A DNA stretch of 64,000 nucleotides from Iphione sp. A-MEVVRFRX5 (GCA_976226885.1 OZ320321.1:64728001-64792000); one strand, 5' to 3'. Shown: positions 1-12,492, counted from the stretch's first letter. Numbers and translations: made by a program. Notes: generated by a model from the sequence alone, not told the origin.

Positions 1-1803
1 TTACTGGGTGATTTGCTCACTCGTGCTCGTGTTTACCACGCCCTCTGTGGGCGGCTTGGTGAAAACTGTTAATGAAAAGTGATACTTTCTTCGGCTTGAT
101 TGATAATGCAAACGCGTACTTATGTACATCATCTCGGAAAAATAAATGACAAAATATGATTTCATGACCTCAGGGCGAGCATAGATGGCTTGCGCTGATT
201 TATGGGAAAAAAGGACATCATAATAACAATCTTGGCGTGTGTAATGAGATAAAAAACATATATGAGGAAAGCCTTAATATGTAGCTTCAGATGGAGAAAC
301 ACCAAGGCTGCATATAAGAGCAAGACGACCATTAGGGCGGTATGTACATGTATATACAGTGTAGGAGAAGGAGAGGAAAATGAGAAACCTTGAAAACAAG
401 AGAGGAGACACTGAATGAGATATAGAGGAGAATATAAAATGTACATGTATGCGAATTAGTAAGAAAAATGCTTGCTGGAGGTGGTGAAGTGAAAGGCCTA
501 ACAAAAAGGATAAAGACACGTTAAAAGCAGTACATTAATTACAGACACACAATCAAAGACGGTAAATATTAGAATAAGCTCAATATGATTAATAGATCTG
601 GAGAATTCCATGCATGGAAGATAACAATCAGTTCTGAACGAATCTGAGAAGGCGGAGGAAGGGACTTTTTCCACATGTTTCACTCGCATTACGACCAAAG
701 CAGTGCATTAAACCGAATCATTTAATTTAATAGACAGCATGGGTAATATAGCGGAGAGGGGCTGTCCTTACACATGTATCAGATACTTTCTATAGACATA
801 ATCACACGTATTTTTAAGAGACTTTCACAACCACCAATAAGGAAAAAAAAAGAGTGAGAAAATACAAGATGTACATTTGTCCAGCTCAGCCTACACATAC
901 TGTGGTTAGGTGGGTGTGATTATTTTGAGGTGTACACAGCTCAATCTTAGACTGTGCATGGTGTAGACAGGTGCATGGGTATAGTCATGCAGAAATAGAG
1001 GTTTGCTTTAAGTCACGCATGCTGTGGCCAGGTGGGCGTGATGATTTAGAAGTGTATAGAGGTCCATGACACTCTATGAAAAGGTGGGCTTAGACAATTG
1101 GTTAGATGGCAAGGCATTGTGCATTTTGTAAGGGTAATTTGCTAAAAGGTATAAGGAAGAAAATTGACAACCGTAATGGATGTTAAAATCCTGTGTATTT
1201 TGTTTCAGAGCATATCCTTCCAATTATTTTCGTTATTCTGTTTAGAATATTAATCAAAGTGACAACAAAGTTTAGTTCTGTCTGGTTGAGGTTATGTAGT
1301 AATACTTGAGGGGTTGATTCTGTCCTACGTTAGGCATTTAGACAACAGGTTACTTTTGTGTTTGTGTTTCTCAGGTTCCCTTTGTATGTGTATGTCAGAC
1401 ATTAAGTTACTGTGATATTTGTATCTGACACACTACATAACGTTTGTGTGTGTATGTGTATCAGGCATTATATCACATGTACTTTTGTATGTGTATGTTG
1501 TGCATTATGTATTAGTTAAAGTACGAGGACCACCGATTACACGAGATAATGTACGAGTTTACGAGTACATTATTGAGTGTGAGGTGGTCCGAGGACTTTA
1601 ACTGATTTAAAGCACCCCCCTCCCAACTGATCGATTTGCCGACCCAGTCAAGAAGATTAGGTCCACCGAGTCGATAGACGAGGTGGCTGTCATGTTCACA
1701 CACACATGCATGCACACATGCACACACACAGAGTCAAGAAATTGAAAAAGAAAAGAAAGGGGGGGTGTGGGGGGTCTCCCCCCACATAAATATAAGAAAA
1801 AGG

Positions 1804-2019
1804 AATATTCCTGGAGGTCATGCTAAAGATGTATTTAATTCATGAAAAAGTGCCCAATATTCCCGGAGGTAGTGCTAAAGGTGCGTTTAATTCATGAAAA
1901 GCAGCAAATATTACTGGAGGTTCTGCTAAAGGTGCGTTGAATTCATGAAACAGTGGCAAATATTTCCAGAGGTCATGCTGTATTTAATTCATGAAAAGAT
2001 GTATTTAATTCATGAAAAT
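1804..2019. repeat. ~52-bp minisatellite, ~4 copies, inside the TTAA-flanked element
   Basis: Unit aatattc..ggaggt..tgctaaag.tg..tttaattcatgaaa starts at about 1804, 1856, 1907 and 1959. Confidence 0.85.
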
Positions 2020-2096
2020 ATTAGAAACCTATCACCTAGTCTGTCACCACCCCTGTCACCCTAGGAATGAAACAATCATGGCCTAACCTTTGTGTG

Positions 2097-2180
2097 GCCT
2101 CTGTGGCGCAGTGGATAAGGGTGTTGGACATACAGAGACAAGGCATGGGACGACCTGTGTGGGTTCGAATCTCCACCAAG
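2097..2180 (+). mobile_element. tRNA-derived SINE head / tRNA pseudogene
   Basis: A box TGGCGCAGTGG (2104-2114) and B box GGTTCGAATCT (2162-2172). No acceptor-stem pairing that would complete a cloverleaf. Confidence 0.65.
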
Positions 2181-3099
2181 ACCTTGACACATTTCGTCGG
2201 GCCAATAAAAACACCAAACAACCACCAGAACAACATGACAGACTGTACAAATACGCAATATAATGGACTCGGGGGGATGGTAGGAACATAGAGAGAAACG
2301 GGATGTAGGGGTGCTTTAAGTTACTTTTGTATGCATATGTCAGGTACTTTGTTAATTTGTAAGAGTATGTCTGGCATCATGTAACTTTTGTAAGTGTATG
2401 TAAGCATTAATTACATGACTTGTGTAACAAAGCATGAATCATGAAGTTTATCCATTTAATCTATAATTGTGTGAGTGATTCTAAGTGAGACATTATTGAC
2501 AGCCAGTTCCCTTGTCATTAAGGGAAACTTTAAGGATTCTGGCAAGTACTTTTGCTTTACAAATGAAAGTCTCTACAGAAATACTCTTGGTGTTCTCTCA
2601 TAATATCCCTATATATATGTCCCTATGAGAGCATTTTTCATAGAAAACAGATAGAGTCTGTCTTTCTCCCTATTTAGAGGTATATCACTACTTGAGATAT
2701 CCCTTCAGTATAATGTTATTAAATATCCGAGAATGTCAAATAAGATCAGAACATTTTCATTCAAATTAACATACACCTAGTGGGCAGAAATGTACACTGG
2801 AAAGACACTCATCATGGCACATGGCCACATGGCATGAGAAGTAGCATATTTTCACAAAACAAAGAAAATATCTCAGAGAGTTCAAAATACTAAAGGAAAG
2901 AAAAATAAAAAATAAAAACAAAAAAAGCAAAAACAAAAAACAACCACACAGAAAAAAATAAACCAATTGAAGTAGCTTTCCGATGTATATTGGAGTAGAA
3001 ACCCTCGAATATGACCATATGAGGGAGCAGCTACTTCTGTCCTCAATGGAGAATTGTCCTCAATAGAGGTTGTTTTCATTATATATATATTATGAAGTA

Positions 3100-3279
3100 C
3101 AGTGGAAACCCTATTTGCGACCATCACTTGGGACCAAGCTGAAGTGGTCACATATTGGTAAATGTGGTCTCAGATAGGGAATCACGCCTTTAGATATTAA
3201 AATTTTGGTTCCAACCTGAAGTGGTCACAAAATCAATAGAGAATAATCGCAAATGTGGTCACATATAGGGTTTCCACTG
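3100..3279. mobile_element. Tc1/mariner-type (pogo/Tigger-like) MITE, 180 bp
   Basis: Perfect 15-bp TIR CAGTGGAAACCCTAT / ATAGGGTTTCCACTG flanked by TA on both sides; internal repeated GTGGTCAC motifs. Confidence 0.9.
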
Positions 3280-3599
3280 TATCGGGAATGAAAAATTGAC
3301 TCTAGTTCTGAGACATCCTCCTAGTTGAGGCGCACACAGGGGGAGTTGCTAATGTTTTCCCTAAAGCTATGGTTATTTCATCCAACATTAGTTGAAGTAG
3401 CTCTAGCGATTCAAATGCCACAAAATGGACTGACTACCAGGTGGACATTACCAGCATTAAGGACAGCTCAGACAGTATATAATCTTGTTTTGTTTAATGT
3501 CATCAAATGGAAATGACGAGGAATCCGGTCAGTTTTAGACGGAATCAAGGACTGTCCGTATTGTAGCCTGTTTCTGTAAAACTTCTGACTAATTCGAGC

Positions 3600-3760
3600 A
3601 GGTTTACGTATCCCTGGTCTCCATGCCGACGCACTGACCACGTGACCCTATAAACGACCAATCACGATCTATCACCAGGGAGATCACGTGCCTAGGCGGA
3701 CTTGGCGTCCAGTCACAAGTAACGAAGGCAATGGACAATCGAAAATGGCGCTGTTCGAGA
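3600..3760. promoter_or_regulatory. CpG-rich cluster of promoter-type motifs
   Basis: E-boxes CACGTG (about 3634 and 3685), CCAAT (gaccaatca about 3656) and YY1-like AAAATGGCG (about 3742). Could equally be internal to a transposon. Confidence 0.3.
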
Positions 3761-4000
3761 AGATGGGCCCACTCCCCAAGTCCCATAGGTCTTTTAAACA
3801 TCCTTCTTCTTCACGCGATTATAAGCGGCGGCAGGCCTAATAAAATCCATGGCCGGAACTTCATTCTGGACACTATACTTATATAATGGACCTGTCGCCA
3901 AACTGACAAGCACACCGTTACTATACGTATATATGTTTACCTTTTTTTCAGACAATGGAGAGAAGCTGATTGGTGGAGTCTCCATTATGACATCACAAAT

Positions 4001-4273
4001 CAGGCCCGTAGCCAGGACTTTTTGTGGGGCGGGGGGGGGGGTATCTTAAATTAGAGAAGTGGAACTCCTAGCAAGCAATCAACATGTTTCCTCACTTTTC
4101 CTCACATTTTTTTTTTAACTTTTCCTCACTTCTTATGGGCATTTCTGGGGTATTTCCTCGCATCTTTTTATTTTTCTTCACTTTTTATGGAATATTTATT
4201 CTCTGGGTGGACCTCCTGGCCTTTGTAGGGGGTATCAGCCAACACCTCCAATACCCCCTTGGCTACAGGCTTG
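4001..4273. mobile_element. CAGGCCCGTAGCC-ended MITE with 5-bp TSD, copy 1
   Basis: CAGGCCCGTAGCC ... GGCTACAGGCTTG; flanks caaat/taaat. Confidence 0.8.
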
Positions 4274-5039
4274 TAAATGATACAAAACATGTCCGTAGCA
4301 CCGGTTTATTCAACCGTCGGCGATTGGTCTCTTGTAACACTGAGGTAATGAAATGTCGCAGAAGTCAAGGTGGCGGAGAAGGCTCAGAAGAAATTTACTT
4401 CTAAATACTCACGAAGTCTGACTACTGCAAAAAATAAAACGAAAACGCATCGGTGGTGAAAGTATAAGCGTAGGTCACGTGATCACAGACCGCGGAAATT
4501 GGTTGGGTGTAAATGAAGAGTGACTATCTCATTCAGTAGCCTGTTTGTGTACACCAGCCGTAGAAAAATGATCACCTGATACATGTGGTGGTGCGCAAAA
4601 GGGGCCAAAGGGTATATAGCTCATGATTTAGCAGTTCTAGGTTGATATCATATTATCAGAATCATCAAACTCTATGTGTGTGGGTCTGCTAAAATGCAAT
4701 AACTGTGCTGTTCTGTCTGAGGTGTAGTGTAGAGACTGCATAGACACTGACTCAAGCACAACTCCTGTACAATCCTAACTTCAGACACTACTCGCACAAC
4801 AACTCAAACTCAATTAACGTCAATTAAACTATGGAAAATATACAAGAAACTGATCGGTATAACATCCATTTAGCATGGTATACATGTATGCTAAAGAACT
4901 TTTCATTTCATCTTGTTTGTAAAGAGATCTGAAGATGCTTGTACAAATAAAATTTATGCTATCAGCCTTCAGAAATGAAAAATGAAAAATACAAATACTA
5001 TCCTATCTTTATACCCTATTCAAACAGCAAGTCAAATAC

Positions 5040-5410
5040 AACTACTGTACTGTCCTACCTCTACAACCTGCTCATAAATTGCCTCCAACACAATCACTGT
5101 ACACTGTACTATCCTACCTGTACAACCTGCTCATGCATTGACTCCAAAACAACTATTGTACACTGTACTGTATCTTATCAGGACAACCTGCTCATAGATT
5201 TACTCAAATACAACCTGCTCATGCATTGACTCCAAAACAACTATTGTACACTGTACTGTATCTTATCAGGACAACCTGCTCGTAGATTTACTCAAATTCA
5301 ACCTGCTCATGCATTGACTCCAAAACAACTATTGTACACTGTACTGTATTTTATCAATACAACCTGCTCGTAGATTTACTCAAATACAACCTGCTCATGC
5401 ATTGACTCAA
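5040..5410. repeat. 88-bp tandem repeat (about 3.2 near-identical copies plus degenerate upstream units)
   Basis: acaacctgctcatgcattgactc recurs at 5122, 5210, 5298 and 5386; the unit is built from shorter acaacctgctc sub-repeats. Confidence 0.9.
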
Positions 5411-5827
5411 ACACACCCACTGCACTATCCTATCTGTAGAGCCTGCTCATACATAGATGTAAACACGATCACGATTACTATCGAACTTGAGACAAAGTGT
5501 CGCTTTTCATATTTTCTTACCATAAGAACATCTGGTAATAACTCCCCATACTCTCAGGACTTCATGTCGGAATGACTGTCGTTGAGTGATAAAATTTTCC
5601 TAAAGGCATTTTCTGCTAGATATTGAGTGTTATTTCTGCGAGGAAAAAAAACAGTTTGAATCAGAGCAAATATAGATGGAAAAAGATTGTTTTCAGATAT
5701 TGAATGTTTAGAATTCGAGTCCAGAGAGTACGCATATTGTCGACGAATGTTTCATCACTGTAGTCCTTCCTGGGGATGCATTGTTGCTGTGTAGTATAAG
5801 CCTTTCAAATTTCATCCAATTCACCTA

Positions 5828-5861
<34 letters not shown>

Positions 5862-6446
5862 GTTATTATTGTTATCATAATAGGCTTTATTTACGCTGGT
5901 AATTTTACATACACATATGTTTTTTTAACCAGCTGAACAATCAATATCCATTCTACAACTTTTGTTATGAAAATCTGTTCGTAAACTGTTCATTGTAGCT
6001 GCAGATTGGGAATAACTGGCTAGGCCATACCTTGACCTTGTCTTCCTCATTTATAGCAGTGCCAGTCATTTGAAAAGTATTTTCACCATGGCTGTTTTTG
6101 GTAGTGTTTATGTGTGAGTATACGTATATATATATGTATATGTGTGTAGTTACGTCGCCGGACCTATGGTTAGAATATCAAAGATAATCTCTATATATCA
6201 ATATTTACATGTAAGAATGTGCATTTAACTGATGGAAAGTTTCCTTGGCTCTTACGATGCATTTAAGTCACTTATCAGTACTACAGATGGATGGGTGAGT
6301 CTGACACATTATACTCTGAATCAAAGTACAAAGCAGAGGTAAAATATATGAATGTCAAATTGTATACGTAGACTCAGAGCCGGGCCAATACCACTAAATA
6401 TAACTAGTTCTCAGATACAGATGAAAATTACATGCAGAGTAGATAA

Positions 6447-6806
6447 GGCTGCCATGGAGCCCCCAAAATAGGTGTGCTTCTGGAAATGACCAGCCCAAAA
6501 CCTAGGTAGGGAGGGGAGTATGTTTTCTTTCATATTTTCCCTCCACTTTCTTCTTCTAGTTGTCAATAATAATAAAGATGAAAAATGAATTTCAACCAAT
6601 TTGCATGAGTTTTATAGTTGCTGAATTTCCATGGATTTTGTTATTTTTCTACTGAATTTACCCCCAAAAAACATGTGCTGTGAAAATACATATCTAAGGA
6701 AATTCAGCTTTGGAAACTCTTTGGGGCCGCAAAATATTTATGTAGGGTGAGGTTTTACTAGGTAGGGGTTGGCGACCAGAAACACACCCTGTTTTCGTTT
6801 TTGGCC
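6447..6806. mobile_element. TWA-flanked GG...CC MITE family (PIF/Harbinger- or Zator-like), copy in opposite orientation to 17916-18233
   Basis: Sub-terminal ccccaaaataggtgtg.ttctgg / ccagaaacacacc...ggcc. Internal sequence is the reverse complement of the 17916-18233 copy. TAA/TTA flanks. Confidence 0.8.
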
Positions 6807-7499
6807 TTATGATAAACCTTCATGAACATATAGGAGGCCAACTTTGTGAATGGTAGCAGTGTGATTAGAGTTTGTAGTCTGAACTGATGAGATGTAAATT
6901 CTTCCATTGAAGTCCATTGAAAAAAAAAACGATGCGCATCCTATAGTTTCAAATCAAAGTAAAGAGGTAATACGTTTCATGCATATATGGCGTCTTCTTT
7001 CCTCCATCCTCCATCGCTGGGATTTTTGATATGACAAAATCTGGTCCCGGAGTTTCAAACACGGCCGCTTGTTGTTCACGTGGTTGTTTCCGGTACCCAC
7101 GCCCCTCTTAATGAGGACACATGGAATCCCCCCCCCCCCCCATTATAAAGAGACGTCTACCGGGAAACAACTGTAAGCTTAAAACTGACTCTCTGTGTGT
7201 ACGGATGATTTTCTTACGGGGGACAAACCTGTTTGCAAATCTATACGTGATCCGCACGATACGGAGAGACTGTATGTACATCGATTCTGTGTTTCCAATG
7301 CGAAAAAGAAAACGTAACAAGAGAATGAATCCGTCGAGCTGCAGGAGGCCTAGACACTGTCCGTCCGCATTTGTCTTTGGCTAGTAAATATATTTTTAAC
7401 GACTTCCAAGCCAAAGACTCCGGTACAATGGTGAAATAACTGCATACATCTCGGAAATGTGAGAGTGTTATAAGAGAATATAGAGGGGGACTCCTTAAC

Positions 7500-7580
7500 G
7501 TCCCCCTCCCCCTCCTCCTCCCCCACCCCCTCCTCCTCCCCCTCCCCCTCCTCCTCCTCCTCCTCCTCCTCCTCCTCCTT
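7500..7580. repeat. (CCT)n / C-rich microsatellite
   Basis: Direct inspection. Confidence 0.9.
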
Positions 7581-8719
7581 AGATATCTTATTATACTGCC
7601 GTATTTATAACATGCAGAGGAAGTCGAATTGAAAGTCGTTCTGTTAACTGATTTTTTCCTCCCAGCGTTCTCACACTGATGTGATTGAGTAAAGCTGCTT
7701 TTTATGTGATTCTTTCATATGATGCATGAAAGTGGTTTTGAGTAATACTACTATTTACTTTTTTTTATATTAGCAGATGCTTTTTTGCTTGTCCAAAGAG
7801 AGATTATTCATTAAAATAGTGATATGTCTTGCACTACTTCTTGGTGTAGTAATATCGCTATGCGTAGTTAGGTAGCTGCAGGTGGTACTCATATGCATCT
7901 GAAAGAATTTACACCCACAGAACCGTATGCGTATATTTTTCAGCTGATTCTCTGTAATCCTAGTTCACCATTCAGATGTATCTATCCTGTATATATATAT
8001 ATATATATGTCTATGCACAGGCTCGTTACCTACATGGATACATATTCCGTAGGAAGCAATACTACGGGAAATATGATGAACATATGCAAGCTGTTGATAC
8101 GTAGCATTAGCCGGAAGGTTGCTATGCACGTGAAGATTATATATGTGCGTATTTGTCGTATGGGGAACATGTGAACCCCGCTTTACTGAAGGGGTTTAAT
8201 AGTGATCATGACCTCAAAGGCCGAAAGCACTGGTGGAAAATAAGTATGGATTGCTCAAACTATGGTAAATCTAGATGAACCCTGTTGAGACTGGTGTTCC
8301 ATCCTCTCTGGCCCAGCTAGCTGTCGTCAACCCTAAATAGCATACAATTGACCAATGTTTACATACCTTATATAAAAAAGTATCGTTTCGGAACATCCGG
8401 TTCGGTTTCAGTGAATTCTGGGTAGCATTTGCATCATGGGAGGTTGTTTTTTTTGCCATTTCACTTATCGGGATGCTCTAATTTTGATTAGAGTAGGTTC
8501 AAATAAATGTCAAAGTATGAAAAATCAAAAATCGTGCAAAGCACACTGGTTGCTTATATAAAGCTTGCCTGCAGTGAAATCAAGCAGGGTTCACCAACCA
8601 AGCGATCAATGGTTGGCTAGGTGTAGGTCAACAGTTTGGGCCTGAGTCACGATGAGTTTTGCCCCTGGTGGTTAATAACATGTTTGTATTTTCTATGTAA
8701 TCCAACTCTTTCTGTTTGA

Positions 8720-9012
8720 CCGAAACTGGGTGTGGGTTGAAACTGTTGTGGGTTGAAACTATTGTGGATTAAAACTATTGTGGGTTGAAACTGGTGTGGG
8801 TGAAAACTGCTGTGGGTGGAAACTGGGTGTGGGTTGAAACTGTTGTGGGTTGAAACTATTGTGGGTGGAAACTGTCGTGGGTGGAAACTGGTGTGGGTGG
8901 AAACTGCTGTGGGTTGAAACTGGGTGTGGGTTGAAACTATTGTGGGTGGAAACTGTCGTGGGTGGAAACTGGTGTGGGTGGAAACTGCTGTGAGTGGAAA
9001 CTGGGTGTGGGT
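8720..9012. repeat. 18-20-bp GT-rich minisatellite (gtgggt[t/g]gaaact...), ~15 copies
   Basis: Direct inspection; it accounts for ORFs 8647-9117 and 8924-9109. Confidence 0.95.
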
Positions 9013-9573
9013 TGGAATCATTGATACAAGAGGGGGTGGGTTGGGAAGGGCGGGTGGGATTGACATGCGGCGCTTAAACCCACACACGAAGTACAGGGCC
9101 TCCTTATAGTAATTCATATTTGTTTGGGTAATACAGGTATACCAGTCTTAATGAATCTTCCTGGACTGAAACCCTTCATGAGAAGAATTTTTAGCCCGAG
9201 GCCACTTTCCAATAAAACCATTGAAAAAAATTAACGTAAATGTGCAAAAACACAAGTGAAGTTCTTCGAAGGCAAATGATTCATTAAGGGCAAAATTTGA
9301 TGATTATGAAGATTGATGCAAGATAAGTGTATCCCTGATAAAGGAAGTGGTACCATAGAACACATAGGCCTCCGCTTTGTTAAGATACACCTGTATCTGT
9401 TTGCGTCTCTAATTGGCTGATCAGTGATTTAGGCCGCAATGACGTATCCTAGCCCACTGCAATGTTGACAATGCAGAATTACATCATGCTGACGTAGCCC
9501 AGCCTACGTGAGTGTTCACATTTCACACGAAAGAAAGGAATGTGTGTGTGTGTGTGTGTATGTGGGTGCTTGT

Positions 9574-9726
9574 CAGGCCCGTAGCCAAGAAGATTTACTG
9601 GGGGGGGGGTGTTATCGGATGATACCCCCAGAGCCCTAGAAATGGAACTGGTAACTATCTATATGTAAAACTATAGACCATAATTCTTTGGGGAGGGTAT
9701 ACCAATACCCCCTGGCTATCGGCCTG
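9574..9726. mobile_element. CAGGCCCGTAGCC-ended MITE with 5-bp TSD, copy 2
   Basis: CAGGCCCGTAGCC ... GGCTATCGGCCTG; exact 5-bp duplication cttgt/cttgt. Confidence 0.85.
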
Positions 9727-9810
9727 CTTGTGGGTTGTTTTGTGTATTATGGCACTTTTACTTACCGGTTTACCTATTTGAACGAAGTAGATGTGTTCTA
9801 AAAAACTACG

Positions 9811-9995
9811 GCCCCAACCCAGAGTGGTCCACACCTCGTAAAACAGTGGCTGTGGGTGTATAGGATTCTGTCCCCTGTGCATAAAAAGACCCCAGAAACC
9901 TATTTGAATAAAGAGTAGGGGACAACCCTGGGTATTCTGGTCTGTCAATTCTCAATAATAGATGGAAGTATGCTACCCAAGGAGGATATAGAAGA
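9811..9995 (+). mobile_element. Truncated copy of the Meta-domain-like tRNA-SINE
   Basis: Closely matches 45383-45560 (gccccaacccagagtggtccaca...ggattctgtcccct.tgca.aaaaagacccc...). Confidence 0.85.
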
Positions 9996-10514
9996 ATATA
10001 GAAGAATGAATGACAGAAAACACTTCATTATCAGAAGCATTATATTCAATCATCGGACACCTTTATGATTGATCTTGAACGAATTCCTTTTTCTAATCCC
10101 GACTTCATGATAAAAACCAATCGTCAAGAGAGGTGTACCTCTACTTATAGTGATAATCCATTTATTGAGATGTATATCTTAATCTGTTGATTAGAGTAAT
10201 TCCATTCCTTTATTTTCTTCTATTTTGAATAATTCCCCATTAATGTTTTAGATTCGCAACTTATTTTCTTTCCGAGCGATAACATCTTTACCCTCAGAGC
10301 CGCGCTTGTCAACTCGGATAGACTTAATGATGAAATAGGACCAGTAACATCATTATTTTCATGGACTTTTGAAGCTACAGACGATGAATAATGGACTAAC
10401 GTAAGATCTAATTAACTCGAACTCAACTCGAGACACGTACAGAGTGTCACGTAAACTAATTATTCGCCGGTAATTAGGGATTGAACTTGTGGTTATGATG
10501 AAGAGATGCGTGTT

Positions 10515-10617
10515 TTACTTACGTAGACTCGCGACCAGCGCGCGGCGTCTCGCGGCAGTCTGCTTATGGGACGCCGCGTCCATCATCACCAGGAAACTCC
10601 TGTACACATCCGCCATT

Positions 10618-10654
<37 letters not shown>

Positions 10655-11339
10655 ATGACGTCGTTCCAGCAGCCACTTCCGCCGCCCGCCGGTCGACCCT
10701 TACGACGTGGGCGTCTCTGCCTGCGTCTCCTAGCCTCAATTTTGAACTTCCGGTCCGAGCGTGCCCTGAGACGGGAGATGAGGGGCGAACGAAGCGACCC
10801 GAGGCTGCCACTTTCCACGGTCTGGGTACCAGTCCTGCTAGGCGTTCCACAAGTTCTTCCCCCAGCTGCTGCTGCCGCTGACCCCTCTCGTCCTCCTCGT
10901 TCTTGTCCTCGGCGCTCCACAGGCCTCCAGGGGGGTTGAAGGCTGCGTTCGGTGGGTAGGGACGCCCGAAGAACGCGGCGGATCGTTTCCTTCCGAATCG
11001 ACTCACTCGGCTCCGGTAGAGGGAGCGACACATGGTGTCTACGCATGTCCAGGGGTCATGACCTCCCACAGCCATAGAGGCGCAGTACGCGCGACAGCGC
11101 GACACCTGATCGTCGGTAGAACCGGAGGCGGAAGTGGCGCCGACGATCACTGATCCTCTTCCGACGCCAGTGCCGTGGCCACTGAGTGCCACAGCGACGA
11201 CGATGGCGACAAACAGCATCCGGCGACTGACCGCCCCGACCGCGCGACCCCCGCTAACGCCGCCGCTGCCGCCCACAACACCGATTACCCGCCCGGTAGG
11301 GGGCACCACTAGCGAACTGACCTTGAGTAGAGGCCACAT
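10515..11339 (-). CDS. CCRFamide-type neuropeptide precursor (single coding exon, 274 aa from ATG 11339; alternative ATG 11219)
   Basis: GC-rich open frame. Signal-peptide-like RRMLFVAIVVAVALSG, then CRAYC-x12-C-x4-C-RSLYRSRVSRF followed by G-RKR (amidation plus cleavage, 10983-11096), an acidic spacer, poly-Ser/poly-Ala and a basic C-terminus. The ORF-track start at 11444 is GTG. Confidence 0.8.
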
Positions 11340-11796
11340 GATGAGGCTCGGGTCGCTAGTAGAGTGACCAAGCTGTTCCTGGAGGGATTTCGACCGGGTG
11401 GTACTGTTCGTAAGTGGCGAAAGAACTACCCTCTTAACCACCACCGAGTGTCAATAATTTCTAAATAATATCAGCCGAAAGCGTTGCTAAGTGTCACTTC
11501 TTGGGCACACAATGCGAAGTATAATTCTGCTCCCTGGAAACTTGAGCAAATTGTAGAAATTCCTTTTTAGTTTTTAAATATAACGCGACCACGACTGTCC
11601 CGTTCAGGCACCTACCTCCAGATGAGAGGCCTAGGGAGACACGGTGTTCATGATAATCCACACGCCCCTGAGAGGGTTTAGGCAGAAGATGCGCCTTAGT
11701 TAGGAGCTGTGGATGTCTCTGAGTTTGTATGTGTGTGCGCGCGTGTCTGTCGGTGTGTGTTTAGTCCAAGCCTGAGCCTTAGCACCACTTTATGGT

Positions 11797-11852
11797 ACTA
11801 CTACCACTACTATTGCTACTACTACTACTGCTGCTACTACTACTGCTGCTTG
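11797..11852. repeat. (TAC/TGC)n trinucleotide microsatellite
   Basis: Direct inspection. Confidence 0.85.
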
Positions 11853-11959
11853 TTGTAGTATTGCTCCAGGCACTGCACGCCGACCCGCTCCGGGACAGAC
11901 TGTCGACCGTGGCGGGCCTGACGGGTCCTTTAGTATAGGGAGGGGTCCCACGCATCACT

Positions 11960-12022
11960 GGAGGAGGAGGAGGAGGAGGAGGAGGAGGAGGAGGAGGAGG
12001 AGGAGGAGGAGGAGGGGAGGGA
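11960..12022. repeat. (GGA)n microsatellite, ~18 copies
   Basis: Direct inspection. Confidence 0.95.
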
Positions 12023-12409
12023 GGTTAGTAAGGAGGGTGGGTGAATAGGTGAGAGTGTCTGTAGAGTGAAGTGTCTGTACGGAGATGTAGGTGTAGGTGT
12101 GGTGGAGGCCAATAGGCGGAGGTGGTGGGGAGTGATTGTGTGGGTGGGAGGGCGTGTGTGTGTGTGTCTGTACGTGTGGGTGTGTGGGATACAGTATGTG
12201 CAGTATGGGTGTTAGTGTTAGTACATGTATGTCTCTCTGTGTGTGAGGGTGTGGGGTGGGGATGGATGGTTGTGTAGGAGGAAGCGTGTATGTGAATTAT
12301 GTGAACATGTCGTTTACTTACGTTAAAACCAGCCTATATTTCACGAGGATCTCTTCAGGCAATTGAACCTGTCATACCTCCCCCCTCCCCCGCCGGGCAA
12401 ACTCATTCG

Positions 12410-12437
12410 TGCACATACATGTATGTCTACACATACA

Positions 12438-12468
<31 letters not shown>

Positions 12469-12492
12469 GTATACATGTATATATGTATATGT
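12410..12492. repeat. (TACA)n microsatellite
   Basis: Direct inspection. Confidence 0.95.

Larger units (their letters stand above)
1611..2315. mobile_element. TTAA-flanked non-autonomous DNA transposon (Kolobok-like MITE)
   Basis: TTAA|AGCACCCC at 1607-1618 and GGGGTGCT|TTAA at 2308-2319: terminal inverted repeat with TTAA duplication and purine-purine ends. Similar 'taagttacttttgtatg' sequence occurs on both sides. Confidence 0.6.
11461..12321 (-). other. Candidate 5'-UTR intron of the neuropeptide gene
   Basis: Minus-strand donor AAC|GTAAGT at 12321-12316 and acceptor TATTATTTAG| at 11470-11461. The interval is filled with simple repeats. Confidence 0.45.

Noticed and set aside
2097-2180. 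Possible functional tRNA gene (also 20250-20354 and 45281-45350)
   Set aside because: A/B boxes are present but acceptor stems do not pair and the arms are distorted or extended; these are SINE heads or pseudogenes.
8647-9117. 156-aa ORF with THTQF repeats
   Set aside because: Translation of an irregular 18-20-bp minisatellite.
10489-11367. Overlapping ORFs 10489-10881, 10564-11046, 10616-10939 and 11134-11367
   Set aside because: Shadow frames of the GC-rich neuropeptide CDS and its trinucleotide repeats.
11340-11444. N-terminal 35 aa of the 309-aa ORF
   Set aside because: It starts at GTG; the first ATG is at 11339, so this is probably 5' UTR.
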